The notes beneath the pieces are model-generated. The model saw only the letters and a program-made list of their open reading frames with translations. It was not told the origin of the DNA and did no database searches. A program made the position numbers and the translations under genes. Positions 1 to 12,780 of a DNA stretch of 64,000 bases are shown piece after piece. This DNA comes from Octopus sinensis. Its lineage: Eukaryota. The stretch is taken from the NCBI RefSeq assembly GCF_006345805.1, contig NC_043007.1, positions 32,240,001-32,304,000 on the forward strand. Reading direction: 5' to 3'. Position 1 is the first letter of the stretch, and each line of letters starts with the position of its first letter.

Positions 1-153
1 ATAATAAAGGAAGAATGCTTGGAAAATAGATTCTTAAAGGAAACTATTCATATTTTCTACGTGAAAAATATTTATTGTGGAGACAAAGATCTCTGCTATT
101 CTATTCAAGAAGTCCATGTGTAAGATACTAATTACTATTAATTTTATTTGCAG

Positions 154-225
154 AAAAAGAGGATTATAGATGATGAACTGAACTTTATTTCAAGTGAATT
201 GTTGAGTGGAATCCTGGATTCTAAA
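154..225 (+). CDS. CMTR1: CMTR1 internal exon (first in window; N-terminal exons lie upstream)
   Basis: cag|...|gtaagt, 72 nt, phase 0/0; KKRIIDDELNFISSELLSGILDSK aligns to human CMTR1 [23 protein letters not shown]. Confidence 0.85.
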
Positions 226-1176
226 GTAAGTGCCTTTTACCTTTTACTTGTTTCAATCATTGGTCCACGGTCATGCTGAGGCACCATGTTAAGGGTCTTA
301 GTTGAACAAATTGATCCCAGTGCCTACTTTGGCATGGTTTCTCTGGTTGGATGCCCTTCCAAGCACCAACCGCTTTACAGTGTGTATCTAGTGCTTGTTT
401 TGTGCCACCAGTTCAAGTGAGGTTGCCAAGCAGTTTGCAGGGCTACAAATTCAACAGGGGCCACTTTATACAGGAATATGAGGAGCAAAAGATGTGTAAA
501 CGCATGAGAGAAGGGACCAGAGCAGAACAGGTTTTCTTACTGTAGAGGGACTACATAACTACTTCCATTTCAGAAGAGAGCGCATGTGGAGCCAGAGAGC
601 AATGAGGCTGCAAACTAATATTAAAAAACCATTCTTTAAGGCAGCAACCTGGCAGAATTGTTAGCAGCATTTCATTTATCTTTACGATCTGAGGTCAACT
701 TTGCCCTTTATCCTTTGGGGGCGGGGTGGGGTCGATAAAATAAGTACCAGTTGAGCACTGGGGTCAATGTAATCAACTAACCCCGTGCCCGAAATTGCTG
801 GCCTTGTGCCAAAATCTGAAACCAATATTAAACACCGTTTTCATTAAAGTCTTAGCATTTAGCTCATACAATGCAGTTTGATCTGTTGTTTATTTTCCTT
901 GAATAACTTTCATTATTTCCTCAAACACTTTTTTCTTTCCACTAATCCTTTCAAGTAATCACACATTTTACAATTGTTGTCATATTTTTAACTCTCTCTC
1001 TTTCTCTCTCTCTCTTAATTTAAGTAGTTTAATTAAACTAACTTTTCACCTCAATGTTTACTTTGTTCCCCTTCACTTTCCTTTTCAGACAAACTGTTTG
1101 TCTGGGTGCATCTCCTTTTTCACTGCCAGTCATTCTGCTCTGCAACACATCACACCAATAAAACCTTCACTGCTGC

Positions 1177-1660
1177 TTCATCATCATCAGCATCATTATT
1201 TAACATCCATTTTCCACGCTGACATGGGTTGGATGGTTTGACCAGAGCCGGTAAAGCCAGGAGCTGCACCAAGTTCCATTGTTTGTTCTGGCATGGTTTC
1301 TATGGCTGGAGGCCCTTCCGAATGCCAACCACTCCACAGTGTGCTGGATGCTTACTGTGTGGTACCAGTACGAGTGCCTTTTTCTGTGTGACACTAGCAC
1401 TGGTACCGGTATCGATTCTGCTGTGGTAGTCGGGTCTTCTTGGGTACAGCAAGGCGCCAGATATCTTGGTCTTTTGCCATCTCTTTCATAATGTTCAGTG
1501 TCTTGGGATCGGCCTTCAGCTCTCTGCTCCATGTTTTCCTGGGCCTTCCTCTTCCACAAGTTCCATCCATTTTAATTGATTGGCACTTTTGTATACAACT
1601 GTTTACATCCCTCTGCATCACATGACCAAACCAATGTATTCTTCTCTCTCTTGCACATCA
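1177..1660 (-). mobile_element. RTE-clade LINE 3' end (ORF2 end, 3'UTR, (GAT)n tail)
   Basis: HWFGHVMQRDVNSCIQKC...GTCGRGRPRKTW...DQDIWRLAVPKKT then the 3'UTR family with GGTTGGCRTTAGGAAGGGCATCCAGC and GAT tail. Confidence 0.85.
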
Positions 1661-2332
1661 TCATCATCATCATCATCGTTTAACATCCGTTTTCCATGCT
1701 AGCATGGGTTGGACGGTTCGACCGGGGTCGGGGAAGCCAGGAGGCTGCACCAGGCTCCAGTCTGATCTGGCAGTGTTTCTACAGCTGGATGCCCTTCCTA
1801 ACGTCAACCACTCCATGAGTACAGTGGGTGCTTTTTACGTGCCACTGGCACAGGTGCCAGGGGAGGCTGGCAATGACCACGTTCAGATGGAGCTTTTTAT
1901 GTGCCACTGGCACAGGTATCACAACTACAATTTCCATTTGATATTTATTTTGATGTTGATGTACTTGACTCAATAGGTCTCCTCAAGCACAACAGGTCAC
2001 GTGCCACCGGCACAGAAGCCAGTCAAGGAAGCGCTGGCATCGGCCACGTTCTGATGGTGCTTTTTACGTGCTGCTGGCACAGGTATCAAAACTACAGTTT
2101 GCACACTGCATCTAATTCTTATGCCCAACTTTTCTTTCAATACACTAGCGCTCCATCACACTTCTATACTGACGTTCCACATCCAGTGGACCATACTAGC
2201 GTCATTCCACTCTAGCCTTTGCATGTCTTTTGCATTCAGGACCCATGTTTCACTTCTGTTCTCTAAATTTGTATATATGTTCTAATGATGGTTTTTGTTC
2301 ATTTATTTATATTTATTTATTTATTTTGTCAG

Positions 2333-2427
2333 AACATTTTTGATGAACTGGAAAGTGAAGAGATGCGTAAAGCTCGCTCAAGATCTAACCCTTATGAAAC
2401 AATACGAGGTGTTATTTTTCAAAATAG
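2333..2427 (+). CDS. CMTR1: CMTR1 exon
   Basis: ag|...|gtaag, 95 nt; [31 protein letters not shown](R), human [24 protein letters not shown]. Confidence 0.95.
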
Positions 2428-3361
2428 GTAAGAAACATGAACTCAGGTTTAAATTAGTCTGTAGAATAAGTTTCTTTGGTTGGAACATTTTTTCAATCTG
2501 TCTGATCAATATTTAAAGTATTGAATATCAGAGACAAATTAAAAGTGAATTAAAACCTTGTGTTTTGAGAGAAAGAATGAATCTTGAATTTTCTAAATAC
2601 ATGCTGCTTAGATTAGCTTCTTAAGGCCTAACCCTTTATCATTCATATTAATCTGTCAAATGTAAAGCTTATTTATTAACATTGTTTTGAATTAACTATC
2701 CATCATCTCGAAGCTTCAAGATTATAATGATGTGATTGTTTTAGCTTTAGAATGACATTGTAGGTTAGGTGTGAGAGACCAGATGTGGCCAGTTTGAACA
2801 TAAAACAGGTGGAATATATGGGCCAGGTATGGCCAGTTTAAATGCTGAAGAGTTAAACTATTTCCTTATGTGAATTTTAAAAACTTCTGTAATGTGTGGA
2901 TTTAAATTTGAATGGCACCTTGGGCAGGTGTCTTCCACTATAGCCTTGGGCCAACCAAAGCCTTGTGAGTGGATTTGGTAGACGGAAACTGTGTGTGTTT
3001 GTGTGTCTGTGTTTGTCCCCCCAACATTGACAACCGATGCTGGTGTGTTTACCTCCCCGTAACTTAGCAGTTCGGCAAAAGAGACCAATAGAATAAGTAC
3101 TAGGCTTACAAAGAATAAGTCCTGGGGTCAATTTGCTTGACTAAAAAGGCAGTGCACCAGCATGGCCACAACCAAATGACTGAAAAAAGTAAAAGAGTAT
3201 GCTGTTGTGTCTGGGGAGAGTCATTTTCTTTTTGTGCCTTATAATTTAAACACACTCACCGGTAAAATTTCCACTTTTTTTGTTATTTTTATTTATATTT
3301 TATTTAAAAGAGTAATTTTCCAGTATATCATACATAATATGATCGTGTTTTAATATTCCAG

Positions 3362-3434
3362 AGCAGCTATGAAGATGTCCAACATTGATGCTGTTTGTGA
3401 CTTCATGTTAACTCAACCAAAATCTAAAACTGGG
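3362..3434 (+). CDS. CMTR1: CMTR1 exon with catalytic Lys (RAAMK)
   Basis: cag|...|gtaag, 73 nt; (R)AAMKMSNIDAVCDFMLTQPKSKTG. Confidence 0.95.
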
Positions 3435-3558
3435 GTAAGATAAATTTTCCAATAATTTCAATTACTGTTCTTTTTATATTACCCATTCACCAGACATCTT
3501 GTCTCTGCTGTGTCTAAATAATTCCGTCTTCGCGTGTTCTTTTCTCTTCCATTCGCAG

Positions 3559-3751
3559 CAGCCATTGGTTTCTTCAAACAGTTTGCTCTATTTTGCTGAC
3601 ATTTGTGCCGGACCTGGTGGCTTCAGTGAATATGTTTTGTGGAGACGAAAAGGGGATGCAAAGGGGTTTGGCTTAACTCTGCGGGAATGCAATGATTTTA
3701 AACTTGAAGAATTTTTTGCTGGTCCCAGTGAGATGTTTGAACCACATTATG
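3559..3751 (+). CDS. CMTR1: CMTR1 exon with SAM-binding motif
   Basis: 193 nt; [64 protein letters not shown]; donor gtgag; CAGCAG acceptor. Confidence 0.97.
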
Positions 3752-4841
3752 GTGAGTTTCGCTTGATAGTAATCTATTTAACTATCTGTTTTAGCTATAA
3801 CGATTCTTCTTTATTCTGATCATCATCATCAACAACATTTAATGCCTGTTCTCTATGCTGGCATGCATTGGGCTGTTTGATGGGAACTGGCCAGATGGAG
3901 GGCTGCACCAGGGTCCAATTGTCTGTTTTAGCATGGTTTCTAGGGTTGGATGCCCTTCCTAATGCCAACTACTTTACAGAATGTACTGGGTGCTTTTTGT
4001 GTGGAACCAGCACCAGTGCTGTTACATTGCACCAAAATGGGTACTTTATACATGGCACCAGTACGGGTGCTCTTCACATGGCACTGGTGCGGATGCTTTT
4101 TATGTAGCGCTGGCATGGGTTTTATCCATGGCATTGGCACAGATCTTCACATATATTTACTTCCTATCTCGTTCTTTTTTCCCCCAACTTCTTTTTATCA
4201 TGTTTATCCAATACATTTTCTTTGTCTTTTAATCCTGATAATCATCATCATCGTTTAACGTCTGCTTTCCATGCTAGCATGGGTTGGACGATTTGACTGA
4301 GGACTGGCGAACCAGATGGCTGCACCAGACTCCAATCTGATGGCAGAGTTTCTACAGCTTGATGCTCTTCCTAACGCCAACCACTCCGAGAGTGTAGTGG
4401 GTGTTTTTACGTGCCACCGACACAAGGGCCAGTTTGGTGGTACTGGCAATGGCCACGCCCAAAATGGTGTTTTTTACATGCCATCTGCACAGGGGCCAGT
4501 CGAGTGGCACTGGCAATGAATGACCTCGCTCAACAGCTTTTTCATGTGCCAGTAAGGCGACGCTGGCAATGATCACACTCGAATGGTGCTTTTTACATGC
4601 CACTGGCACGGAAGCCAGTTAGCCGCTCTGGTAATAATATAATAATGAAATTATTGTATACAGTGCTCAGGTGCACCACAAATGATCCCTCATCTAAAAT
4701 AATCTTGATTATCATTACATCGTTCATAATTACATCAATTATAATTAATGTTTCTTCGAACATCTTGTATGAGACCGTTATTGATGATGATGATGCTAAT
4801 AATAAGCATAAATGCATTCTTCGTCAATTCTCTTCTTTAAG

Positions 4842-4951
4842 GTGCTGACGGTACGGGAGATATATACAAAACAGAAAACCAAAAAGCTTTTGAAAAATTT
4901 GTGAAGGAGAATACAGAAAACAAAGGAGTACATTTTGTGATGGCGGATGGA
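4842..4951 (+). CDS. CMTR1: CMTR1 exon with catalytic Asp (MADG)
   Basis: 110 nt; (G)[36 protein letters not shown]; donor gtaag. Confidence 0.95.
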
Positions 4952-5499
4952 GTAAGTATCGTGTTTTGAGATGGAATTGGATGTTAGATGTATCTTGTGA
5001 AGGTGTGTGGTTTAGGGGTTTGGGTAGAGCCTGGTGCAACCTCCTTGCTTCCCAGTCCACAGTTAAACCGTCCAACCCATGCTAGCATGGAAAACGGACG
5101 TTAAGCGATGATGATAATAACAACAGAAGTTTAAAATGTAATTTTATATTCTTTACCTCATAAGAAGTTAGAAACTTTGAGGGAGTGTGATATAATTTGT
5201 TTTTAATGGTCGAACCAGACATAGATAAAGCTATAATAACATGTAGATATTGGGTTTAAAACCCCTTTCGATAGAAAAAAATTGAGGGATTTGAACCCGT
5301 ATCTGTAAAAAGCCTTTATGTTTTTTCTATCCAATGGATTTTTAATAATATTTATAATTTTATGTGTTAACACTTATCTTTGAAAGTGACATAATTTATC
5401 TTCATATTATTATCATTCATAAAATTAATGCATATATTTTCTTATTAATTATACTAAATATTCTCAGTTTAAATAACAGACTTCCATTATATTTTTCAG

Positions 5500-5596
5500 G
5501 GATTCTCTGTGGAAGGACAAGAGAACATACAGGAGATTTTATCTAAACAACTTTATTTGTGCCAATTTCTCACAGCCTTGTTAGTATTAAGAGATG
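5500..5596 (+). CDS. CMTR1: CMTR1 exon
   Basis: 97 nt; [32 protein letters not shown]; human [24 protein letters not shown]. Confidence 0.96.
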
Positions 5597-6643
5597 GTAA
5601 GACATCCCTTTTTTCATTTAGTGATTTTGTTGGCTATTTTCCCATAGACAGAACCACCCCTGTCTAGCTGAATCATAGCTGCAAAGGTAGGATCTGTTTT
5701 TCAACGAATCTAAGTACCTTGTCTCACAAGGGATGTGCAACCAGTAAAACCCTGTTTCATTCACATCAGAAACAAAGCCTGGATTCAGGGTGGGAGTTGT
5801 TCTTGTCTGTTGAGTGCTGATGTCAGTTTGTTCTGTAGTGCTGCTGGTAACATGCAACCCAATGCGACCGGTTTTTTGGTCATTATCACCCTAATTAGGC
5901 CTGACTGGGTAAAAAGAAAGATCTACAAAACAAATTGTATCTTTTAGAATATCAGATAAATGTTGGTTTCTAATTTTGGTACAAGTCTAGAAATTACAGA
6001 GGAGGGGGTAAGTCGGTTACATTTCCCCCACCCCTACCCCCATGCTCAGTTGGTACTCATTTTATCAACCCTGAGAAAATGAAAGGCAAAGTTGACCCCT
6101 GAGGAATTTCAACTCAGAATGTAAAGACAGATCAAATTGCTGTTAAGCCTTTTGCTCAGCATGCCAACCATTCTGCCTGCTTGCTGCCTTTTATGAAGTA
6201 AATACTTTCCTACTTTAGGCACAAGGGCTGAAATTTTGGGGGAGGTGGGTGGCCAGTTGATCAGCCGAGCAAAATCACAGTCATGGCAGATACTGGTGTC
6301 ACACAAATGGCACCTATGCCGATGGCACTTAAAAGCACCCATTATACTCTTGGAGTGGTTAGCGTTATGAAGGGCATCTATCCGTAGAAAACCATGCCAA
6401 ATCAGACTAGAATCTGGTGCAGCCGTCCAGCTTACCAGTCTTGGTCAAACCATCCAACCCATGAGAGCGTGGACAATGGATGTTAAATGATGATGATGAT
6501 GATGATGATGCAGACCAAGACTTAAATATGGTACAGGATGTTACTATTACATCATGAAAACAAAACCTTTGAATAAATCTCTGTTTAGTTTTCCCATTAA
6601 AATTACCTTCTTTCCACTATTATTTTGTTTTGTTTTATTTCAG

Positions 6644-6776
6644 ATGGCCATTTTGTGTGTAAGTTATTCGATATCTTCACACCGTTCAGCGTTGGTCTGG
6701 TCTACTTAATGTATCGGGCTTTCCACCAAGTTGCAATTTTCAAGCCAGTTACCAGCCGTCCTGCAAACTCCGAACG
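6644..6776 (+). CDS. CMTR1: CMTR1 exon with catalytic Lys and Glu
   Basis: 133 nt; (D)[43 protein letters not shown](R). Confidence 0.97.
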
Positions 6777-6867
6777 GTATTTTCTGATTTTATTTTCTTT
6801 AATCATATTTTTCTTTTGCTTTCCCTACCTAGCTATTTTTGAAAATACATTACTCCTTTGGAGATAT

Positions 6868-7325
6868 GCTGTGCTTGAGAAGACCTGGCAAGCCAAGTGA
6901 GACCGTTACCATGGCCTATGCCAGTGCAGCATAACCAGCCCATTTAAGAGTACCCTCCAATCACTGGGCAATCGTTGCTGATGCCAGTACCGCCTGACTG
7001 GCACCCATGCTGGTGACACGTAAAAAGCACCGTTCAAGTGTGGCCATTGTCAGTGTCTCTTGACTGGTCCCGTGCCAGTGGCACATAAAAAGCACCATTC
7101 GAGCGTGGTTGATGCCAGTGCCACCTGACTGGTCCTGTGCCGGTGGCACGTAAAAAGCACCCACTACACTCTCAGAGCGGCTGGCATTAGAAAGGGCATC
7201 CAGCTGCAGAAACACTGCCAGATCAGACTGGAGCCTGGTGCAGCCTCCCGGCTTCCCAGTCTCCAGTCAAACCGTCCAACTCACGCCAGCATGGAAAACA
7301 GACATTAAATGATGAAGACAACGAT
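6868..7325 (+). mobile_element. RTE LINE 3'UTR family copy with tandem hairpin modules
   Basis: starts [13 protein letters not shown]; modules with GTGCCAGTGGCAC; about 20 related copies, e.g. 1665-2100, 3820-4140, 4240-4630, 10383-10780, 11210-11565, 12345-12662, 14237-14670, 25745-26040, 27700-28010, 31112-31450, 53640-53830, 58590-58815. Confidence 0.8.
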
Positions 7326-7503
7326 GTATAACAACTTTTTTTTCTTTTTAAATGAAGATTATCAATGGTAACAATGGGTAAACCTCTGTTTACTCTTAAT
7401 TTTCAAACTTTTTTTTTTTCATTTGTGGACCAGCTGCCTTTATGAATCGAAGGCATCTTGTTTGAATAACTAACTATGTTGTGTGACATTTTCCATTTTA
7501 CAG

Positions 7504-7683
7504 GTATATCGTCTGTAAGGCATTGCGTACAGATGCAGAGCCAATAAAACAATACTTGCATGAAATTAATCAGGAATTGTTGCAGATGGATGATGATGAT
7601 GAAACTGATATCAATGATATTGTACCTCTGGAGACACTTCTGGATGGTAGATTTTATGACTATATCAGAAGTTCTAACGATCT
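7504..7683 (+). CDS. CMTR1: CMTR1 exon
   Basis: 180 nt; YIVCKALRTDAEPIKQYLHEINQELLQMDDDDETDINDIVPLETLLDGRFYDYIRSSND; cag|, |gtaag. Confidence 0.93.
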
Positions 7684-8028
7684 GTAAGTAGAAATGTTTT
7701 GTTATTCTGTTGTCTTGTAGTTTTTGTTTTTGCCCTTATAAACATAAATCATAAAACTGGTTCGTTTTTGTATTAGGTTTGTAAAATTCTTGATGTGAAG
7801 TAAAATTGTTTCAGTCATTTGACTGTGGCCATGCTGGAGCGTCAGAGAATTTTCCAGAGAAATCCTTCTAAGCACAGCACTACCATTTTTAGTGTTGCAC
7901 TTTTACTCTCTGAGACAATGCTACCTGTGACTGTAAATATTGGTTTCCTCTCATGCAGCATAATTAATTAAAACGTAATTAAAATTAATTAAAACATACA
8001 AGTTCAGTGCACAAAACATTTACAGAGA

Positions 8029-8378
8029 TTAACCCTTTAGTATTTAGATTACTCAGTGAAATGCTTATATATTATTCACATTGCTTTGAGATAATCTTGG
8101 ATTATCTATTTCTTTACTACCCACAAGGGGCTAAACACAGAGGGGACAAACAAGGACAGACAAACGGATTAAGTCGATTACATCAACCCCAGTGTGTAAC
8201 TGGTACTTAATTTATCGACCCCGAAAATAATCGTGGATTATCTCACAGCTTTGGGATTTCACTTACATGATCGTTTACTTTTAGAAAACATTGTAGGGCA
8301 GGTGCAAAAGGCTTGATCTGGCTGGTTTCAACATAAAATGGTAGAATATTTGGGCCAGTTTGAATATTAAAGGGTTAA
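8029..8378. mobile_element. piggyBac-type MITE family F with nested SINE fragment
   Basis: TTAACCCTTTAGTATT...AATATTAAAGGGTTAA; other copies 2628-2856, from 10347, from 17347, ending 58289 and 62763. Confidence 0.75.
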
Positions 8379-8533
8379 GAAAAGCAATTAAGTATATTTT
8401 TGTGCTTTAAGATAATGAAATAAAATATTTTTCAAATTTATTGATTTTTGTTGTTGAGTAATATTTCTTCAGCACTGGAATTGGTATTTAATAATTTTTT
8501 AAATGGTTTTCTTTTTCGTGTTTTTTTTTTCAG

Positions 8534-8590
8534 CTTGGCAAGGAAACAGATTAATAATCTAAGGAAAATCCATGCTTTTGCCTTAGACAC
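8534..8590 (+). CDS. CMTR1: CMTR1 exon
   Basis: 57 nt; [18 protein letters not shown](T); human QIKALAKIHAFVQDT. Confidence 0.92.
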
Positions 8591-8670
8591 GTAAGTTCTT
8601 AGAATTGAGAATGTTTTCTAACTGCATCTGTACAAGCGATGTTGGGGGGGACAAACACAGACACACAAAT

Positions 8671-8842
<172 letters not shown>

Positions 8843-9162
8843 TATACACATAAATACGACGGGCTTCTCTCAGTTTCCGTCTAACAAATCCACTCACAAG
8901 GCTTTGGTCAGCCCAAGGCTATAGTAGAAGACACTTGCTCAAGGTGCCACGCTGTGAGACTGAACCCGGAACCATGTGGTTGGTAAGCAAGCTGCTTACC
9001 ACACAGCCACTCTTACGCCTGAATATTTAAATTATCTTCATCATCATCCAATCTATAAACTAGTCGTATGGAGAATTGAATACAAAAACTGTTTGAAAGA
9101 AATTCCTTGTTTTCGATGAATTCTTTCCCAATTTAATTCCTCCTTTTGTTCCACTGTTTTAG

Positions 9163-9220
9163 CAATCGTCATGAATATTCTCAGAAAGATATCAGAAAGC
9201 AGTGTTTGCAACTATGGAAG
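9163..9220 (+). CDS. CMTR1: CMTR1 exon
   Basis: 58 nt; NRHEYSQKDIRKQCLQLWK; human QAEIRKECLRLWG. Confidence 0.92.
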
Positions 9221-9393
9221 GTAATTGTGCTTTGGCTAACCATTTCGCAGTCTCAATAACTTCCCTCCTCCTTCTTTTCTCTGTCTCTCTTTGCTCTCTT
9301 TTCCCCCCACCATCACTATCATCTTTGTCATCATCACCACTCCTCATCTTCTGCCTCCTTGTTATTATTCTGTTTTTATTATTATTATTCTAG

Positions 9394-9462
9394 ATTCCTG
9401 ATAATGTGAGAGTTGCTCCAGCGAAAGGAAACCCAAGCATTATATTTTCAAAGCTGATGGAG
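9394..9462 (+). CDS. CMTR1: CMTR1 exon
   Basis: 69 nt; IPDNVRVAPAKGNPSIIFSKLME; human IPDQARVAP. Confidence 0.92.
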
Positions 9463-10147
9463 GTAAGGAGTTAAAGGAACTTAATTTTACCCTTTTTTTT
9501 TTTTTTACTTTCCCTGAAGTAAATATCAGTGAGATAGAGAGAGTGATTGCTTAAGTTGTTGGAATGTTGATAGAAAGAGCAGGATTTTTAAGTCTTCACA
9601 TTGCAGAATTCTATGTGGAGCAAAAAAAAAAATCCTCCAGGATGAACAGAGACCACTAACTAATATTCAGAAAAGAAATCAAATATTTTAGTTAAAATAT
9701 CCTTTAATGAAAGAAGAACATGTTTCACTGTTTAAAAAAGCATGGCTGTGTGGTAAGAAGCTTGCTTCCCAACCACATGGTTCTGGGTTCAGTTCCACTG
9801 TGTGGCATCTTGGGCAAGAGTCTTCTACAATAGCCTCGGGCCCACCAAAGCTTTGTGAGTGAATTTGGTAGACGGAAATTAAAAGATGTATATATATATG
9901 TTTGTGTGTGTGTTTGTCCCTCCACCATCGCTTGACAACTGATGTTGGTGTGTTTACATCCTCGTAACTTAGAGGTTTGGCAAAAAAGACCGATAGAATA
10001 AATACTTCTAAAGAATAAGTTCTGGGGTTGATTTGTTCGACTAAAGGCAGTACTCCAGCATGGCTGCACTCAAATGACAAACAAAGAAAAGAAGGAAGGC
10101 AAAATATGAAATTGTAATTAATGTATAGTGTCTTCTTTTAATTGCAG

Positions 10148-10279
10148 GAAGATTGTAACATGTATCATTTGACGTATGAAGATTTAAATCCTGCTAAACT
10201 GAAAACTGTAAAAAGCTTGTATGATTATCGATGTTATGTAACTGGAAGTGAAAATCGTTATTTTATTTTAGGACTTGGG
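10148..10279 (+). CDS. CMTR1: CMTR1 exon (GTase-like domain)
   Basis: 132 nt; EDCNMYHLTYEDLNPAKLKTVKSLYDYRCYVTGSENRYFILGLG; human DYRCMVSGSEQKFLIGLG. Confidence 0.93.
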
Positions 10280-10981
10280 GTAAGTTTTATTTTCTGTCAT
10301 GTTTTCTTTGTTATAATATCTCTCCTCATAGTTTTCTGACAATAATTTAACCCTTTAGTGTTCAGATTACTCTGTCAAATATATCATCATCATTGTCATC
10401 ATCGTTTAACGTCTGCTTTCCATGCTGGCATGGGTTGGACGGTTTGACTGAGGGCTGGTATTCCAGTAGGTTGCACCAGGCTCCAATCTGATCTGGCAAT
10501 ATTTCTACAGCTGGATGCCCTTCCTAATGCCAGCCATTCCGAGAGTGTAGTGGGTGCTTTTTACATGTCAATGGCACAAGGGCCAGTTAGGTGGTACTGG
10601 CATCAGCCACACTTGAATGGTGCTTTTTATGTGCCACCGGCTAGTGAGCCAGTCAGGTGGCACTGGCAACAACCATGCTTGAATGGTGGATTTTATGTGC
10701 CACTGGCATTGACCACACTCAAATGGTGCTTTTTATGTGCCACTGGCATGGGACCCAGTCAGGCAGCACTGGCAATGATATAAGCTTATTTATTTGCTTT
10801 GTTTTGTATTAATTATGTAACAGCAGACAAAATATCGCTAAGCATTTCATCCAGTGTGCTAACATTTCTGCCAATGATATTCTGGCTGATAGTCTGGCTG
10901 ATACCGTGATCATGTGATGTAACTAAACACATATTTCGTTGGATTATAACTAATGCCATTTTCCTTTCTTTTTCTTTCCAG

Positions 10982-11113
10982 AGGGGACATGTTTGTTTTT
11001 GGAATGGTAATCAAAGCAGTAATTGGTGTAAGATTGAAGATAAACAAATTCATATTGAATTACCTTCAGAGACTTTATTAGAAGCTGAGATTGTCCAGGA
11101 ATTCCAAGGAGAA
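10982..11113 (+). CDS. CMTR1: CMTR1 exon
   Basis: 132 nt; RGHVCFWNGNQSSNWCKIEDKQIHIELPSETLLEAEIVQEFQGE; human ELPRDTLLSVEIVHELKGE. Confidence 0.93.
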
Positions 11114-12008
11114 GTGAGTAACATACAGCATCTTTCTTTGATGGTTAATGTTTTTGACCTTTCATGATCAAATTTTTTTTCCAATTTTGAGACCGTGAGC
11201 TTTTTTTAGCATTGGTCCTCTCAGAGGCAAAGTGGGTGATACAGGTGGCATGTGAAAAGCTCCTTTTGAGTGTTGGGCCTTATGGAGGTAATGACTGAGA
11301 CTTTTGGCATTATGCTGTGCTTGAGAAGAAGACCCTTCAAACTGGGCAAAATTGCAATTGTGGCACGTACTGGTGTCACGCAAATGGCACCCATGCTGGT
11401 GTCATGTAAAAGCACTCATTACACTCTTTGAGTGGTTGGTGTTAGGAAGGGCATCCAGCCCTAGAAACTGTGCCAAATTAGACTGGAGTCTGGTGCAGTC
11501 TTCCAGCTTGTCAGCCCTGGTCAAACTGTCCAACCCATGCCAGCATGGACAACGGATGTTAAATGAACCTTCAAGGATTTAATAAGATAACTATTTTCAT
11601 TTGTTAAACTAATGTCGGAAAGTGGTTGGCATTAGGAAGGGCATCCAGCTGATGGTTAATCTCTTCAACCGTTTCATGATCAAATCTTTATTGAATTCTG
11701 AGACCATGAGTTTCTTCTTTTTAGCGTTGGGCTTCATGGAAGCAATGACCGAGACCTTTGGCTTTATGTCTTGCTTGAAAAGAAGACCCATCAAACCAAG
11801 TAAAATCGCAGTCGTGGCAAATAACGGTCTCACTAAAATGGCAAGCCAAAGCAGACAATTGGAACCTGGTGCAGCCCCTGGCCTTGCCAGTTCCTATCAA
11901 GACGTTCAGCATGGAAAATAGGACGTTAAATGGTTGTTGTTGTTGTTGTTGTTGTTTGAAAATAATATTATTTTCTGATGGTTTTTTTTTTTTTTTTGTT
12001 ACACTTAG

Positions 12009-12100
12009 GGAAAGGGACAGAAAAAACAAATGACAGTCCATGTTTTAGATGCCTATTTTCTCTGTGGTGACAATGTACAGAAACTACATTTCAATGAACG
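12009..12100 (+). CDS. CMTR1: CMTR1 exon
   Basis: 92 nt; GKGQKKQMTVHVLDAYFLCGDNVQKLHFNE(R). Confidence 0.93.
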
Positions 12101-12204
12101 GTAAGTTGCTCCTATTTATTCTGATAAATAGTGTTGTTGTTTTGAAGCAAAGAGAAATTCATTTGATTTCACTGGTTTTAGAAAATATTGATTGTTACTT
12201 TTTT

Positions 12205-12331
12205 TTACATTTGATGGATATGTGTCCTCATCTTGTTTCCTGTTACCATAACATTTCAGCTGATTTACTCTCCAGCCTTCATCAGGTGTCCTGCTAGGAT
12301 TTTGAACCCAAGCCTGGGTTCTCATTCCTGG
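12205..12331 (-). mobile_element. HHR-bearing Penelope-type terminal segment
   Basis: minus strand gacac CTGATGA aGGCTG gagagtaaat CAGCT GAAA tgtt. Confidence 0.7.
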
Positions 12332-12661
12332 ATTCAAAATTCTACCAGCGCCTGACTGATGTCCATGTCGGTGACACATAAAAGCACCAACTAATCGTGG
12401 CCATTAGTCAGCCTCCTCTGGCCCCTGTGCCAGTGGCACGTAAAAAGCACCCACTACACCCACGGAGTGGTTGGCGTTAGGAAGGGCATCCAGCTGTAGA
12501 AACCTTGCCAGATCAGACTGGAGCCTGGTGCAGCCTCCTGGCTTCCCAGACCCTGGTCGAACTGTCCAACCCATGCTAGCATGGAAAACGAACGTTAAAC
12601 GATGATGAGGAGGATGATGATGATGATGATGACGATGACGGTGGCGGCGGCAACGACGACG

Positions 12662-12780
12662 ACTGATGAAGGCTGGAGAGTAAATCAGCCGAAACGTGGT
12701 AATGACAAACAAGATGAGGACACATATATGTCCAATGTAAATTATGTAAAGGATTCTTCATTCCCCAAAATATAGAACTG
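12662..12780 (+). mobile_element. HHR-bearing segment, inverted relative to 12205-12331
   Basis: CTGATGA a GGCTG gagagtaaat CAGCC GAAAC gt at 12663-12697. Confidence 0.7.

Noticed and set aside
1704-1976. Recurring ORFs with FLQLDALPNANH, or PQGFGxPKAIVED-like text
   Set aside because: Chance frames through RTE 3'UTR and SINE copies, with inconsistent stops between copies
7585-7605. DDDDE run in CMTR1 as a GAT-tail insertion
   Set aside because: In frame within a variable acidic loop (human NTDSD); an ordinary low-complexity stretch
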